A model generated the notes under the pieces. That model did no database searches, was not told the DNA's origin, and worked only from the letters and a program-made list of their open reading frames with translations. A stretch of 64,000 nt of DNA from Bacteroidota bacterium (GTDB taxonomy: Bacteria; Bacteroidota; Bacteroidia; Bacteroidales; WCHB1-69), in contig WQTS01000137.1 in assembly GCA_009786185.1 (NCBI GenBank), positions 855 through 64,854 on the forward strand, in the 5' to 3' direction. Below are positions 55,237 to 64,000 of the stretch, piece by piece. Every line of letters begins with the position of its first letter. The stretch's first letter is position 1. A program made the translations under genes and the position numbers.

Positions 55237-55773
55237 ACTGATATTGATGGAACTCGTGTATCGGTAGAAGTATTTGTAGCCATTTTGGGATGTAGCCAAC
55301 TTACCTACGTGGAAGCCGTTTACAGCCAAAAGAAAGAAGATTTGATCCGTGTGTGTGAAAATGCGTTACATTATTTTGCCGGCGTTCCCCATGCCATTGT
55401 GCCCGACAATCTTAAATCTGCGATAACCAAAGGCAGTAAATATAAAGCCATTATCAATCCCGACTTTGCCAATTTTGCAGAACATTATGCTACTACTGTT
55501 ATTCCGGCAAGAGCCTATAAGCCAAAGGATAAATCTTTGGTTGAAGGGACAATAAAGCTGATTTACAAGAACATTTACACCAAATTTGACATCAGAGTAT
55601 TTTATGATATTGAGAGTTTAAACGCTGCCATTCGCACGGGATTGGAGTTACACAACAATACTCCCTTTGTGGGTCGAGGATACAGCCGCAGACAACAATA
55701 TGAAGAGATTGAACGTGAAGCGCTTGGACAAACTTCTACCCGAAGTGGAGCAAAACGATATTCCAGTTCATGA
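55237..55773 (+). pseudogene. istA: IS21 transposase IstA, C-terminal fragment
   Basis: The frame is open from 55237 (TDIDGTRVSVEVFVAILGCSQLTYVEAV...AIVPDNLKSAI...YKPKDKSLVEG). The HTH and the N-terminal catalytic part are missing. Confidence 0.7.
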
Positions 55774-55846
55774 TAATATCAGAGGAAAAGAATATTACCT
55801 GTAATTAAAATCATTAACCATATTTATTAACTTAAAAACACAAAAA

Positions 55847-56044
55847 ATGAATCAGAAAACTTTAGAAAAAATGCGGCAACTCAGCCTCTTTGGCATGCAC
55901 GATGCCTTTAAAACCAGCCTTGAGAACCCATTAAAGGAAACATTAACCCTCGACCAGTTTGTCGCTCAACTCATCAACAGTGAATGGGATGACAGAAAGA
56001 ACCGTAACATAGACAGGGCGCTAAAGTCGGCTAACTTCCGCTAA
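55847..56044 (+). pseudogene. istB: IS21 helper ATPase IstB, N-terminal fragment
   Basis: Only 65 aa are present (MRQLSLFGMHDAFKTSLE...QLINSEWDDRKNRNIDRALKSANFR). The ATPase domain is absent. Confidence 0.65.
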
Positions 56045-56278
56045 GAAGAAAAAATGCAGATAAGGAAAATATGATACTTTTGCCTGAAATTTTAAATTAA
56101 CAAACCGATAAAAATGAACGTTTTTTATCCCTCAATTTTTAAAGAAAATTATCCTGCTTTTCAAACACAACTAAAGGGGGTCAATTTCATCGGTATTTCC
56201 ATAATTTCCGTCAAATCTAAAAAAAACGTTACTTTTGTCCACTATTCCCATTCAGGGTAAGATTCTATCTTTTTAACG

Positions 56279-58231
56279 ATGAACAAGCCTCTCACTACTC
56301 TTTGTTTTTGCACGGTACTTTTTACTGCATCAATATTTGCGCAGCCACAGTACAAAGTTCCCGATTTGCTGCTTTACAAGCCAATTGACCGCTTCATGCT
56401 TGAAATGCAATCTATGCCGTGGACAGAAGGATGCGACAGCGTATATTCAATTGAGTTGAATAAATATTTTTACTACAATTCCGATTCGGTTTTTTATTGG
56501 CTCGCCACGCGTCCGTTGGAAGAAATTTATAACGAAGTATATTATTATTACGATTTGGTGCAGTTTGTACCATACGATGTAAATTGGCAGAGAGAGATTT
56601 CCCGTTGGCAAACCGAACGGGAAAAATTGCTCAAAGCCGCCAAATTTTACAAAAGCAAAGCACTTACTTACGAATTGGATGTGTTCGATGCAAAATTTGA
56701 TCGCTTGGATTTATGTACACCCGAAAAATGGGATTATTACTGGAATCTTGTTAGAAAATATGACCGAAAAAAAGAACTTCAAACCAAACTCCGTATTTTA
56801 AACGATATGTTATATTATAGCGGTTTTTTTACACATACTGTTTCTCAACAAATTGAAGAAAAGAATATTCCGGTATATAAAATGCTCAATGAAATCTTCT
56901 CTACTTTAGAACGTTTAGAGGGAAAACCCAACCTCATCTCAGGCTCCATATGCTTTTTTATAGGGAGACTCTATTACGATTTTAAGTTATACGATAAAGC
57001 GGTGCCTCTATTTTATAAGGCATTGAGAACGCCTGTTATCCACTATTATGACAGGTCGCAGATGAAAGCGCGCGATTATTTGGCTTCCTACTATAGAATG
57101 ACCGGCGACTATAACCGTTCCGATTCACTTTATATGTCTATCCTTTTATGTGCCGACAGCGTGTTTCTGCGTCCCATTGATGAAACGATAGCCATTGGCG
57201 GGCTGGCAAGAAACGCTATGTTGCGCGGGGATGACAAAGAAGCGCTCCGGCTTTACTCCGTTGCATTGCCTCGCGCCTTGCAAGTAAATGACTCTCTGCT
57301 TGCCGGAGGTTATGCCGTTCATTTGGGACGACTGTTTATGCAGAAAAACGAACTGAAAGAAACTGAAAAAATGATTATCGCAGCACAAAAATACTTGAGA
57401 GCGGAAGGGAATACTATGCGAAATTTGAATATATTTTACACACTGGCTCGTGATTACTATTTAAAAATAAACCAGGCTGACAAAGCCGCTGCTTATATAG
57501 ATTCCATTGCCGAGATTCAATCTGCGGAGAATAATATTTACAATATCCGTTCTCTGTTTTATTCCGAACGGAAAGCCTTAGAGTTGGAAAAATTGCTGAA
57601 AGGTGAACAGATTCATTCCCAAAAAAAACAAATAGCGCTCATTTCTGCTATTTTGGCTTTAATTATTACCACCTTAAGCATTATGGTTTATTTCTACCGC
57701 AAAAAACAAAAGATAAATCGCGGACTCTACCAACAAATCAAAGAACAAGACCGTTTGGTGGAAGATTTACGGCACATAACTTTGCGTTATGAAAAATTGG
57801 AGCAATCCGTTTCAAACTACAATGATGTTGTTGTAGAGACGCAACATGCCGCATCTTTACAGGGGCATAAAAAGGAAAAGGAAAAACAATTTATGTTAGT
57901 AGTTAAACTGCGCAAACATCTGCTTTGCAACAAAAGATTCTCCCAACCTGACATCGGCTACAAAGACCTTGCCGCCGAATTGATTACGAACAAAACCTAT
58001 CTTTTTGATGCAGTGAAAACCCTTACGGGACGTACGCTTCAAGAATACATCAATCATATAAGATTAGAGGAAGCAAGAAAAATGCTTGACGAAAAATCAG
58101 GGTGTTCCATTGAAGAGATTGCACATGAATGCGGATTTAGCACATACCGGACTTTTTACCGTCTTTTCAAACAAAGATACTATCTCTCGCCTGCGGAGTA
58201 TCTTCGTATAGTGAAAAGGGGGAAGGGATAA
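56279..58231 (+). CDS. membrane-anchored TPR sensor fused to an AraC-type HTH regulator
   Basis: It has a signal peptide, an extracytoplasmic TPR-like region, a TM helix (IALISAILALIITTLSIMVYF) and a C-terminal AraC HTH (IEEIAHECGFSTYRTFYRLFKQRYYLSPAEY). Confidence 0.7.
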   Translation: MNKPLTTLCFCTVLFTASIFAQPQYKVPDLLLYKPIDRFMLEMQSMPWTEGCDSVYSIELNKYFYYNSDSVFYWLATRPLEEIYNEVYYYYDLVQFVPYDVNWQREISRWQTEREKLLKAAKFYKSKALTYELDVFDAKFDRLDLCTPEKWDYYWNLVRKYDRKKELQTKLRILNDMLYYSGFFTHTVSQQIEEKNIPVYKMLNEIFSTLERLEGKPNLISGSICFFIGRLYYDFKLYDKAVPLFYKALRTPVIHYYDRSQMKARDYLASYYRMTGDYNRSDSLYMSILLCADSVFLRPIDETIAIGGLARNAMLRGDDKEALRLYSVALPRALQVNDSLLAGGYAVHLGRLFMQKNELKETEKMIIAAQKYLRAEGNTMRNLNIFYTLARDYYLKINQADKAAAYIDSIAEIQSAENNIYNIRSLFYSERKALELEKLLKGEQIHSQKKQIALISAILALIITTLSIMVYFYRKKQKINRGLYQQIKEQDRLVEDLRHITLRYEKLEQSVSNYNDVVVETQHAASLQGHKKEKEKQFMLVVKLRKHLLCNKRFSQPDIGYKDLAAELITNKTYLFDAVKTLTGRTLQEYINHIRLEEARKMLDEKSGCSIEEIAHECGFSTYRTFYRLFKQRYYLSPAEYLRIVKRGKG

Positions 58232-58259
58232 ATTAATGCGATATTTTTTTATTGTGCAA

Positions 58260-59489
58260 TTATTTTTCCAATAACCACTCAAATACGTTTTTATGAATAA
58301 TCCCCGCTCTGCTTTGTGGAAACGATTCGGTTGTAAGTAAAAATTTCGGATAGTTGTCTTTTACCATTTCTAATGGTGTAAATTCTCGCTCTGCGGTTTC
58401 GACACTTGAAATTTCCCACGAAACCTGATAATACTCAATTTCGCCGTTACGATTTTTAACGGTAAAATCTATTTCGCCGTTACGCAGAGTACCTGTCCAA
58501 ATTTTGTAGCCTCGCCGTAAAAGTTCAAGATAAACTGCATTTTCCAAAATATGTCCCCTGTCTGCCGTTCTGTCTCGCCCTACTAGTACATTCAATAATC
58601 CTAAGTCAACGAGATAATATTTTTCTAAAGTTGCAAGTTGTTTTTTGCCTCTAATGTCGAAACGATTAACGCAATAAAACACAAAACTTGCAACCAAATA
58701 TTCTATATATTTTTCTACGGTAGTGTTGTGGACAGTCTGGTTATCTGCTTTTAGTACTTTTGAAATACTGCTTGGCGAAATTGGGCTGCCAATATTTGCA
58801 GCCACAAATTTGGCTACATTTCCGAACGCTCTCTTATCGTTGATTTTATGTCGTTGTGTTATGTCTTTTTCGATAATTGTAGCATACAAGGCTTCGAGAT
58901 ATTCATAAATTTTATCAAAACCCTCTTCACGCAATTCAACACCTTTAGGCAACGAAGTTTCGTTCACGTAATCATAAAATAGCGTCTCGTAATTCAAATA
59001 TTTATTGCCTGTGTCAATGCCCCTGACTTCCAAATATTCGGCAAACGAAAACGGCAAAATAGAAATTTCTATATATCTGCCACTTAGCAATGTAGCCAAT
59101 TCACTTGATAGCAAATTTGCGTTTAAACCTGTGATATACACATCAACATTTTCATTCGCATATAGTCCGTCAACCAACTTTTCAAAATCGGCAATGTTTT
59201 GAATTTCATCAAGAAAAATATAATTGGGGATGTTCGCCTGTAATTTCGATTTTATTTCAAAATAGAGTATTTCCCACGTTTTATTCAAGTAGTTTTCTGG
59301 TAATTCAAAATTATAAAATTGTGTTTGTTCGGGCTTTATATGTGTTCTTAACAAACGATTTCTAAACAATTCCAACAGCGTGGATTTTCCCGAACGCCGC
59401 AAACCGGTTACTACTTTTATGATTTCTTTATCCTTGTATGACAGCAGTTTATCAAGATAATCTTTTCTTTCTATTAACTTTTTATTCAT
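58260..59489 (-). CDS. AAA-family ATPase (AAA_14/DUF4143-type)
   Basis: Walker A is GLRRSGKSTLL and Walker B is IFLDEIQ. The start was moved to MNKKLIERKDYL (ATG at 59489). Confidence 0.7.
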   Translation of the reverse strand: MNKKLIERKDYLDKLLSYKDKEIIKVVTGLRRSGKSTLLELFRNRLLRTHIKPEQTQFYNFELPENYLNKTWEILYFEIKSKLQANIPNYIFLDEIQNIADFEKLVDGLYANENVDVYITGLNANLLSSELATLLSGRYIEISILPFSFAEYLEVRGIDTGNKYLNYETLFYDYVNETSLPKGVELREEGFDKIYEYLEALYATIIEKDITQRHKINDKRAFGNVAKFVAANIGSPISPSSISKVLKADNQTVHNTTVEKYIEYLVASFVFYCVNRFDIRGKKQLATLEKYYLVDLGLLNVLVGRDRTADRGHILENAVYLELLRRGYKIWTGTLRNGEIDFTVKNRNGEIEYYQVSWEISSVETAEREFTPLEMVKDNYPKFLLTTESFPQSRAGIIHKNVFEWLLEK

Positions 59490-59663
59490 GCTGCAAAAAT
59501 ACAACAAATTATTAAAACTTGCAAAATCTTCAAGTTTTAATAATTCAAATTCTCTTTTTTCCTTTTCTCTCTTTCTTGTTTTACTACTATGATTGTAAGA
59601 ATTAGTTTGCTTCTACTGAAGCAGATGTGAATGGCTATACTACTCTTAGCTCCTCTCATTTTC

Positions 59664-59698
59664 GGAACGGGTGTCATGTTTTTTGGAATGGGTGTCAT
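59664..59698 (+). promoter_or_regulatory. direct repeat ggaaYgggtgtcat x2 spaced 21 bp (candidate regulator site)
   Basis: The copies are at 59664-59677 and 59685-59698, about 120-150 bp upstream of the GLUG gene start. Confidence 0.3.
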
Positions 59699-59719
59699 CT
59701 GGTTTTCAAATAGCCTGTG

Positions 59720-59727
59720 TATTTTTG
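59720..59727 (+). promoter_or_regulatory. candidate Bacteroidetes -7 box (TAttTTTG)
   Basis: It matches TAnnTTTG, 89 nt upstream of the ATG at 59816. No clean TTTG -33 box was seen. Confidence 0.25.
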
Positions 59728-59815
59728 TAGAATTATTTTATGAAAGTTTATTGCGAGATAACACTTTGAAAAATAATATTTTAGCAACAAAACTAATTAT
59801 ATAGACAAACGATTT

Positions 59816-62800
59816 ATGACAAAAAAATTTACAAAACAGTTTTTAGGCAAAACGCTATGGTGCGTAATTGCCTTTTTTGCGATTTTTTATACCGCAAATG
59901 CAGTCAACGGAACTTTCGGCGGCGGTAACGGACAACCCGGTACACCCTACATCATTCAAGACGCAGCCGATTTGGACGCCGTGCGCAGCAACTTATCCGC
60001 ACATTACAAACTTGCCAACGACATTGACCTCACCGATTATTTATCTGAAGGGGGTGCCGGATTCGCCAAATGGAGCAACTCTCGCTGGATGCCCTTAGGA
60101 AACGCTACCACTCCATTTACAGGATCTTTCAACGGAGACGGATATAAAATCACAGGTTTAAGGATAAACCGGGGTCCTAATCTTGATTACGTCGGGCTTT
60201 TCGGATATACGAACAACGGCGCAAGTATTGATAATTTGGGTGTAGAAGCTCCATATATTTCTGCTGATGAATACGTTGGTATTCTTGTGGGATATAACGA
60301 TAACGCTTCTATTACCAACTGTTACGTTACCGGATATGTAGTTGCGAATGGGCTTGCCGGAGTATTGGTGGGAGAAAACCTCGGAACCATCTCCTACTGC
60401 TACGCTACCGGATATATAGGTAGCAATTGGTTTGTCGGTGGATTGGTGGGACAGAATTTTGGAACCATCACCCACTGCTACGCTATGGCAGAGGTGTACG
60501 GAAACTCTTGCGTAGGCGGATTTGTGGGAAGAAACAACATTACTGCTGCTATTTCCAACTGCTACGCTACCGGAAAAACGTATGCAGGTGAGTTCTATTA
60601 CGCTAAGGGCGGATTTGCAGGTGATAATTATGCAACTATCTCCAACTGCTTCTACGATTACGAAACCACAGAGCAGGGCAACGGTGTGGGTCCGGGCTGG
60701 GAAAGTGGTTACAACGTTGCCGGGGTAACCAAAAAATCTACCGCCGAAATGCAAACCGAGGCAACCTTTACAGCCGCCGGTTGGGATTTTGATGACACTT
60801 GGAAAATTTGCGAAAACCTGAGTTATCCCCTCTTCAAATGGCATATCGTAAACTGTTTTGACTATAATTATTGCAGCGGTACGGGCACTTCTGCAGACCC
60901 CTACCTCATCTGCAACGCCAAACAACTTGACAATGTACGATTAGCACTTGACAAACATTACAAATTAAATAACGACATTGACCTCACCGCTTACTTAGCC
61001 CCCGGTGGCGCAGGATACGCCAAATGGGGCGCAGCAGGATGGATGCCGTTAGGCAATGAGATTACAAATTTTTCAGGCAAATTCAACGGCGGCGGATTTA
61101 AAATCACAGGCTTGTGGATAAACCGCAGCGGAACATATTATATCGGATTATTTGGATATACGCAAGGCTCATTTATAGAAAATTTAGGTGTTGAGATTGC
61201 AGCCGCGGGTATTAAAGGAGGCAGTTTTTCCGGCGGATTAGTAGGAGAAAACATAAGTACTACCATTTCCAACTGCTACGTTATAGGAAATGTTACAGGA
61301 GATATTTTGGTTGGCGGATTAGTAGGAGAAAACACATTTGCTAGTACTATTTCCAACTGCTACGCTATAGGAGATGTAACAGGAACTTTAGTGGTCGGTG
61401 GATTGGTGGGATATAATTTCGATGCAAGCCCTATTTCCAACTGTTACGCTGCTGGAAATGTAAATGGAGAAAGTTCGAGTGCAGGAGGATTGGTGGGTTA
61501 TAATGAACTTAGTACTATTTCCAATTGCTACTTCGATAATGAAATCGCAGGTGGAATACCTGGGGTTGCCGACAACGTTTTGAGCACAATAGACATTACC
61601 GGCAAAACCACCGCCGAGATGCAACAGCAAGCCACCTTTTCCGGTTGGGATTTTGATGATATTTGGAATATTTTTGAAGATTGCAGCTATCCGTACCTCC
61701 AATGGCAACCCGTAACTACTTGCTTAGACCTTATGTTTTGCGGCGGTACGGGCGCATGGAATAACCCATACATCATCTGCAATCCCAAACAACTTGACCT
61801 TGTTCGCTTAGCATTCAACAATTCCGATTACTATTATTATAAACTCAACAACGATATTGACCTCACCGACTACCTTGCCCCCGGTGGCGAAGGTTACGCC
61901 AAATGGGGCGCAGAAGGCTGGTTGCCGCTCGGCGATGATGTTACACATTTTACAGGCACTTTCAATGGCGACGGACATAAAATCACCGGCTTGTGGATAG
62001 ACCGCAGCGGAACTGACTATGTAGGATTATTCGGATATACGGGATCCGCAACCATTGAAAATTTGGGTGTTGAAGTTACCGCGGCGGGAATTCAAGGCAA
62101 AAACAATGTAGGCGGTTTGGCAGGATACTCCTTCTGGACTGGCATAGAAAAATGTTATGCAACCGGAGCCGTTACCGGCAATGCGTTTGTTGGCGGATTG
62201 GTGGGACAACTCAATGATTCCTACACCGGAAACTGTTATTCAACGTGTGCTGTAACCGGAACGGAAAACAATATCGGCGGTTTGGTGGGTATGAATTATG
62301 AAGGTTATATTGACTGGTGCTACGCTGCCGGAACTGTATCGGGAAGCTATGCTGTAGGAGGATTGGCGGGAACAAATCATGAGGGTGCAATCTATGGCTG
62401 TTTCTACGATTACGAAACCACAGGACAACCCACCGGCGTGGGCGAAGAGATTGGCGGTGATACGTACGTTACCGGAAAATCCACCATTAGAATGAAACAG
62501 CAACTCACCTTTAACGGATGGAATTTCCACGAGAAATGGAGTATTTGCGAAGGTTACTCTTATCCTTTCCTTCAATGGCAAACGGAGATAGAATGCCCTG
62601 AAGTTACCTTCTGCGGCGGTACGGGCGAGGTCGGCTCACCCTACCTTATCTGCAACGCCGAACAACTCAACAATGTTCGTTTTGCGCTTGACAAACACTA
62701 CAAACTTGCCAACAATATTGACCTCACCGATTACTTAGCCCCCGGCGGAGAAGGTTATACCAAATGGGACGATGAAGGCTGGTTGCCGATAGGAGGTAGT

Positions 62801-64000
62801 TTTATGTATTTTACCGGCACATTCAACGGCGCCGGACATAAAATCACCGGCTTGTGGATAGATAGAGATGAAATGGCTTATGTAGGATTATTCGGACGTA
62901 TTGAAGATGCAAACATTGACAGTTTGGGCGTAGAGATTGCCGCAGCAGGAATTAAAGGATATGAATCTGTCGGCGGATTGGTGGGATTGACTGAAAACGC
63001 TACCATTTCCAACTGCTACGCTACCGGATATGCAAATGGAAAATATAATGTCGGCGGATTAGCAGGATGGATAGGTGGTACTATTTTCAACTGCTACGCT
63101 ACCGGAAATGTAAATGGATACCATTCTGCCGGCGGATTGGCGGGAGCCGTTTATGGTACTATTTTCAACTGCTACGCTACCGGAGATGTAACGGGAGTTG
63201 GCAGTGAAGGCTTTGGCGGATTGCTGGGAGTTGCTAATGGTACGATTTATAACTGCTACGCTACCGGAGATGTAAATGGAAACAATTCTAGCGGCGGATT
63301 GCTGGGAGCCGGCGGAGAAGATTGGGGCGTTAGCATTTCCAACTGCTATGCTACGGGAAATGTACATGGAGCGACTTATGCCGGCGGATTAGTGGGACAG
63401 ATAATCGGTACTATTTCCAACTGCTACGCCGCAGGAAGTGCTACAGTAACCGACTACGAGGCAGGCGGATTGGTGGGAGGAAATTGGGGTACTATCTCCA
63501 ACTCCTTCTTCGATGACGATGTTGCAGGAGGGATGCCCGGCGTAGGCTCCGGCGACGACAGCGGCGTTACCGGCAAAACCACCGCCCAAATGCAACAACA
63601 AGCCACCTTTACCGGTTGGGATTTTGACGATATTTGGAAAATTTGCGAAAACGAAACCTATCCCTTCTTACAATGGCAAACAGAAATTGAATGTGAAGAA
63701 TCATCGCTCTTCTGCGGCGGTACGGGCACAAGCACAGCCCCCTACCTCATCTGCACAGCAGAGCAACTTGACAAGGTACGCTTAGCGCTTGACAAACATT
63801 TTAAACTAAAGAATGATATAGATTTAACCGCTTACCTTTCAGATGGCGGAGCAGGTTTCGCAAAATGGGGCAGCGCAGGCTGGGAACCGCTCGGCGATAA
63901 CTCTACAAATAACAACACAACCCGTTTTACCGGTTCGTTCAACGGCGCCGGACATAAAATTACCGGTTTATGGATAAACCGACCCACTACGGATAATGTT
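59816..64000 (+). CDS. giant secreted GLUG-motif repeat protein (partial, continues past the window end)
   Basis: My own translation: MTKKFTKQFLGKTLWCVIAFFAIFYTANA (signal peptide), then tandem modules. The CxGTG...PY(L/I)IC module starts at 60872, 61739, 62612 and 63713 are all in frame with the ATG at 59816. Repeated (V/A)GGLVG..N.GTISNCYATG units are present. It is absent from the ORF track because it has no stop in the window. Confidence 0.8.
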   Translation, partial: MTKKFTKQFLGKTLWCVIAFFAIFYTANAVNGTFGGGNGQPGTPYIIQDAADLDAVRSNLSAHYKLANDIDLTDYLSEGGAGFAKWSNSRWMPLGNATTPFTGSFNGDGYKITGLRINRGPNLDYVGLFGYTNNGASIDNLGVEAPYISADEYVGILVGYNDNASITNCYVTGYVVANGLAGVLVGENLGTISYCYATGYIGSNWFVGGLVGQNFGTITHCYAMAEVYGNSCVGGFVGRNNITAAISNCYATGKTYAGEFYYAKGGFAGDNYATISNCFYDYETTEQGNGVGPGWESGYNVAGVTKKSTAEMQTEATFTAAGWDFDDTWKICENLSYPLFKWHIVNCFDYNYCSGTGTSADPYLICNAKQLDNVRLALDKHYKLNNDIDLTAYLAPGGAGYAKWGAAGWMPLGNEITNFSGKFNGGGFKITGLWINRSGTYYIGLFGYTQGSFIENLGVEIAAAGIKGGSFSGGLVGENISTTISNCYVIGNVTGDILVGGLVGENTFASTISNCYAIGDVTGTLVVGGLVGYNFDASPISNCYAAGNVNGESSSAGGLVGYNELSTISNCYFDNEIAGGIPGVADNVLSTIDITGKTTAEMQQQATFSGWDFDDIWNIFEDCSYPYLQWQPVTTCLDLMFCGGTGAWNNPYIICNPKQLDLVRLAFNNSDYYYYKLNNDIDLTDYLAPGGEGYAKWGAEGWLPLGDDVTHFTGTFNGDGHKITGLWIDRSGTDYVGLFGYTGSATIENLGVEVTAAGIQGKNNVGGLAGYSFWTGIEKCYATGAVTGNAFVGGLVGQLNDSYTGNCYSTCAVTGTENNIGGLVGMNYEGYIDWCYAAGTVSGSYAVGGLAGTNHEGAIYGCFYDYETTGQPTGVGEEIGGDTYVTGKSTIRMKQQLTFNGWNFHEKWSICEGYSYPFLQWQTEIECPEVTFCGGTGEVGSPYLICNAEQLNNVRFALDKHYKLANNIDLTDYLAPGGEGYTKWDDEGWLPIGGSFMYFTGTFNGAGHKITGLWIDRDEMAYVGLFGRIEDANIDSLGVEIAAAGIKGYESVGGLVGLTENATISNCYATGYANGKYNVGGLAGWIGGTIFNCYATGNVNGYHSAGGLAGAVYGTIFNCYATGDVTGVGSEGFGGLLGVANGTIYNCYATGDVNGNNSSGGLLGAGGEDWGVSISNCYATGNVHGATYAGGLVGQIIGTISNCYAAGSATVTDYEAGGLVGGNWGTISNSFFDDDVAGGMPGVGSGDDSGVTGKTTAQMQQQATFTGWDFDDIWKICENETYPFLQWQTEIECEESSLFCGGTGTSTAPYLICTAEQLDKVRLALDKHFKLKNDIDLTAYLSDGGAGFAKWGSAGWEPLGDNSTNNNTTRFTGSFNGAGHKITGLWINRPTTDNV

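Larger units (their letters stand above)
55085..56187 (+). mobile_element. decayed IS21-family element (internally deleted)
   Basis: It contains an IstA C-terminal fragment and an IstB N-terminal fragment. Three left-end repeats (attgcccccctttgg 55085, aaactgacccctt 55107, aaattgaccccct 55131) are matched by an inverted copy, agggggtcaattt, at 56175-56187. Confidence 0.6.

Noticed and set aside
59508-59544. A 14-bp perfect inverted repeat (attattaaaacttg N9 caagttttaataat) as an invertible-promoter boundary
   Set aside because: It is a single hairpin with a 9-nt loop. No second distant copy and no recombinase gene are present. It more likely belongs to the promoter/operator region of the AAA ATPase gene.
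60158-63601. Minus-strand ORFs in the track (60158-60925, 61388-61708, 62027-62209, 62240-62581, 63059-63367, 63389-63601) and the + ORF 59868-60098
   Set aside because: They lie antisense to, or out of frame with, the single long + strand GLUG-repeat ORF (59816 to the window end). Their Gly/Ser/Val-rich translations mirror the sense repeats, and there are no start-context or module-boundary arguments for them.

Overview
Chromosomal segment of a low-GC, probably anaerobic Bacteroidota-type bacterium (lipoprotein signal peptides, TAnnTTTG-type -7 boxes, GLUG surface protein, [FeFe]-hydrogenase). (1) Positions 1 to about 29.7 kb are most of a Mu-like transposable prophage. Its early arm has an S24 repressor, a Ner-like HTH protein, a MuA-like transposase, a MuB-like ATPase, DUF3164-like and GemA-like genes. 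Head genes (gp27-like small terminase, TerL, DUF1320-like, gp29-like portal, MuF, G-like) are on the + strand. Protease-scaffold, capsid, sheath, tube, chaperone, tape measure and baseplate genes are on the - strand and run off the left edge of the window. (2) 29.9-54.9 kb holds host genes: acyltransferase, bactofilin/AtpZ-like, porin, NfeD-FloA, fumC, a small lipoprotein/OMP island, corA, ABC-2 permease, ABC-F ATPase, lptB, thpR, a TPR protein, a PfkB kinase, an ORF6N protein and a four-gene Hnd/Hyd-type [FeFe]-hydrogenase operon. (3) 55.1-56.2 kb is a decayed IS21-family element. (4) 56.3-59.5 kb holds a membrane-anchored TPR/AraC regulator and an AAA ATPase. (5) 59816 to the window end is a giant secreted GLUG-repeat protein made of tandem modules of about 290 aa; the ORF track omits it because it has no stop inside the window. 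I found no rRNA, intact tRNA or CRISPR array. The leads I rate highest are: two unrelated radical-SAM enzymes plus a DUF4406 protein in the phage early operon; a 62-nt double-hairpin repeat inserted in frame inside fumC, with an identical copy 5.7 kb away; a long C-terminal extension on the MuF protein; a cell-wall hydrolase and membrane-protein cassette inside the baseplate module; helically phased end repeats; and several families of short repeats that bracket or invade coding regions. All functional calls come from reading the translations by eye. No database search was run.
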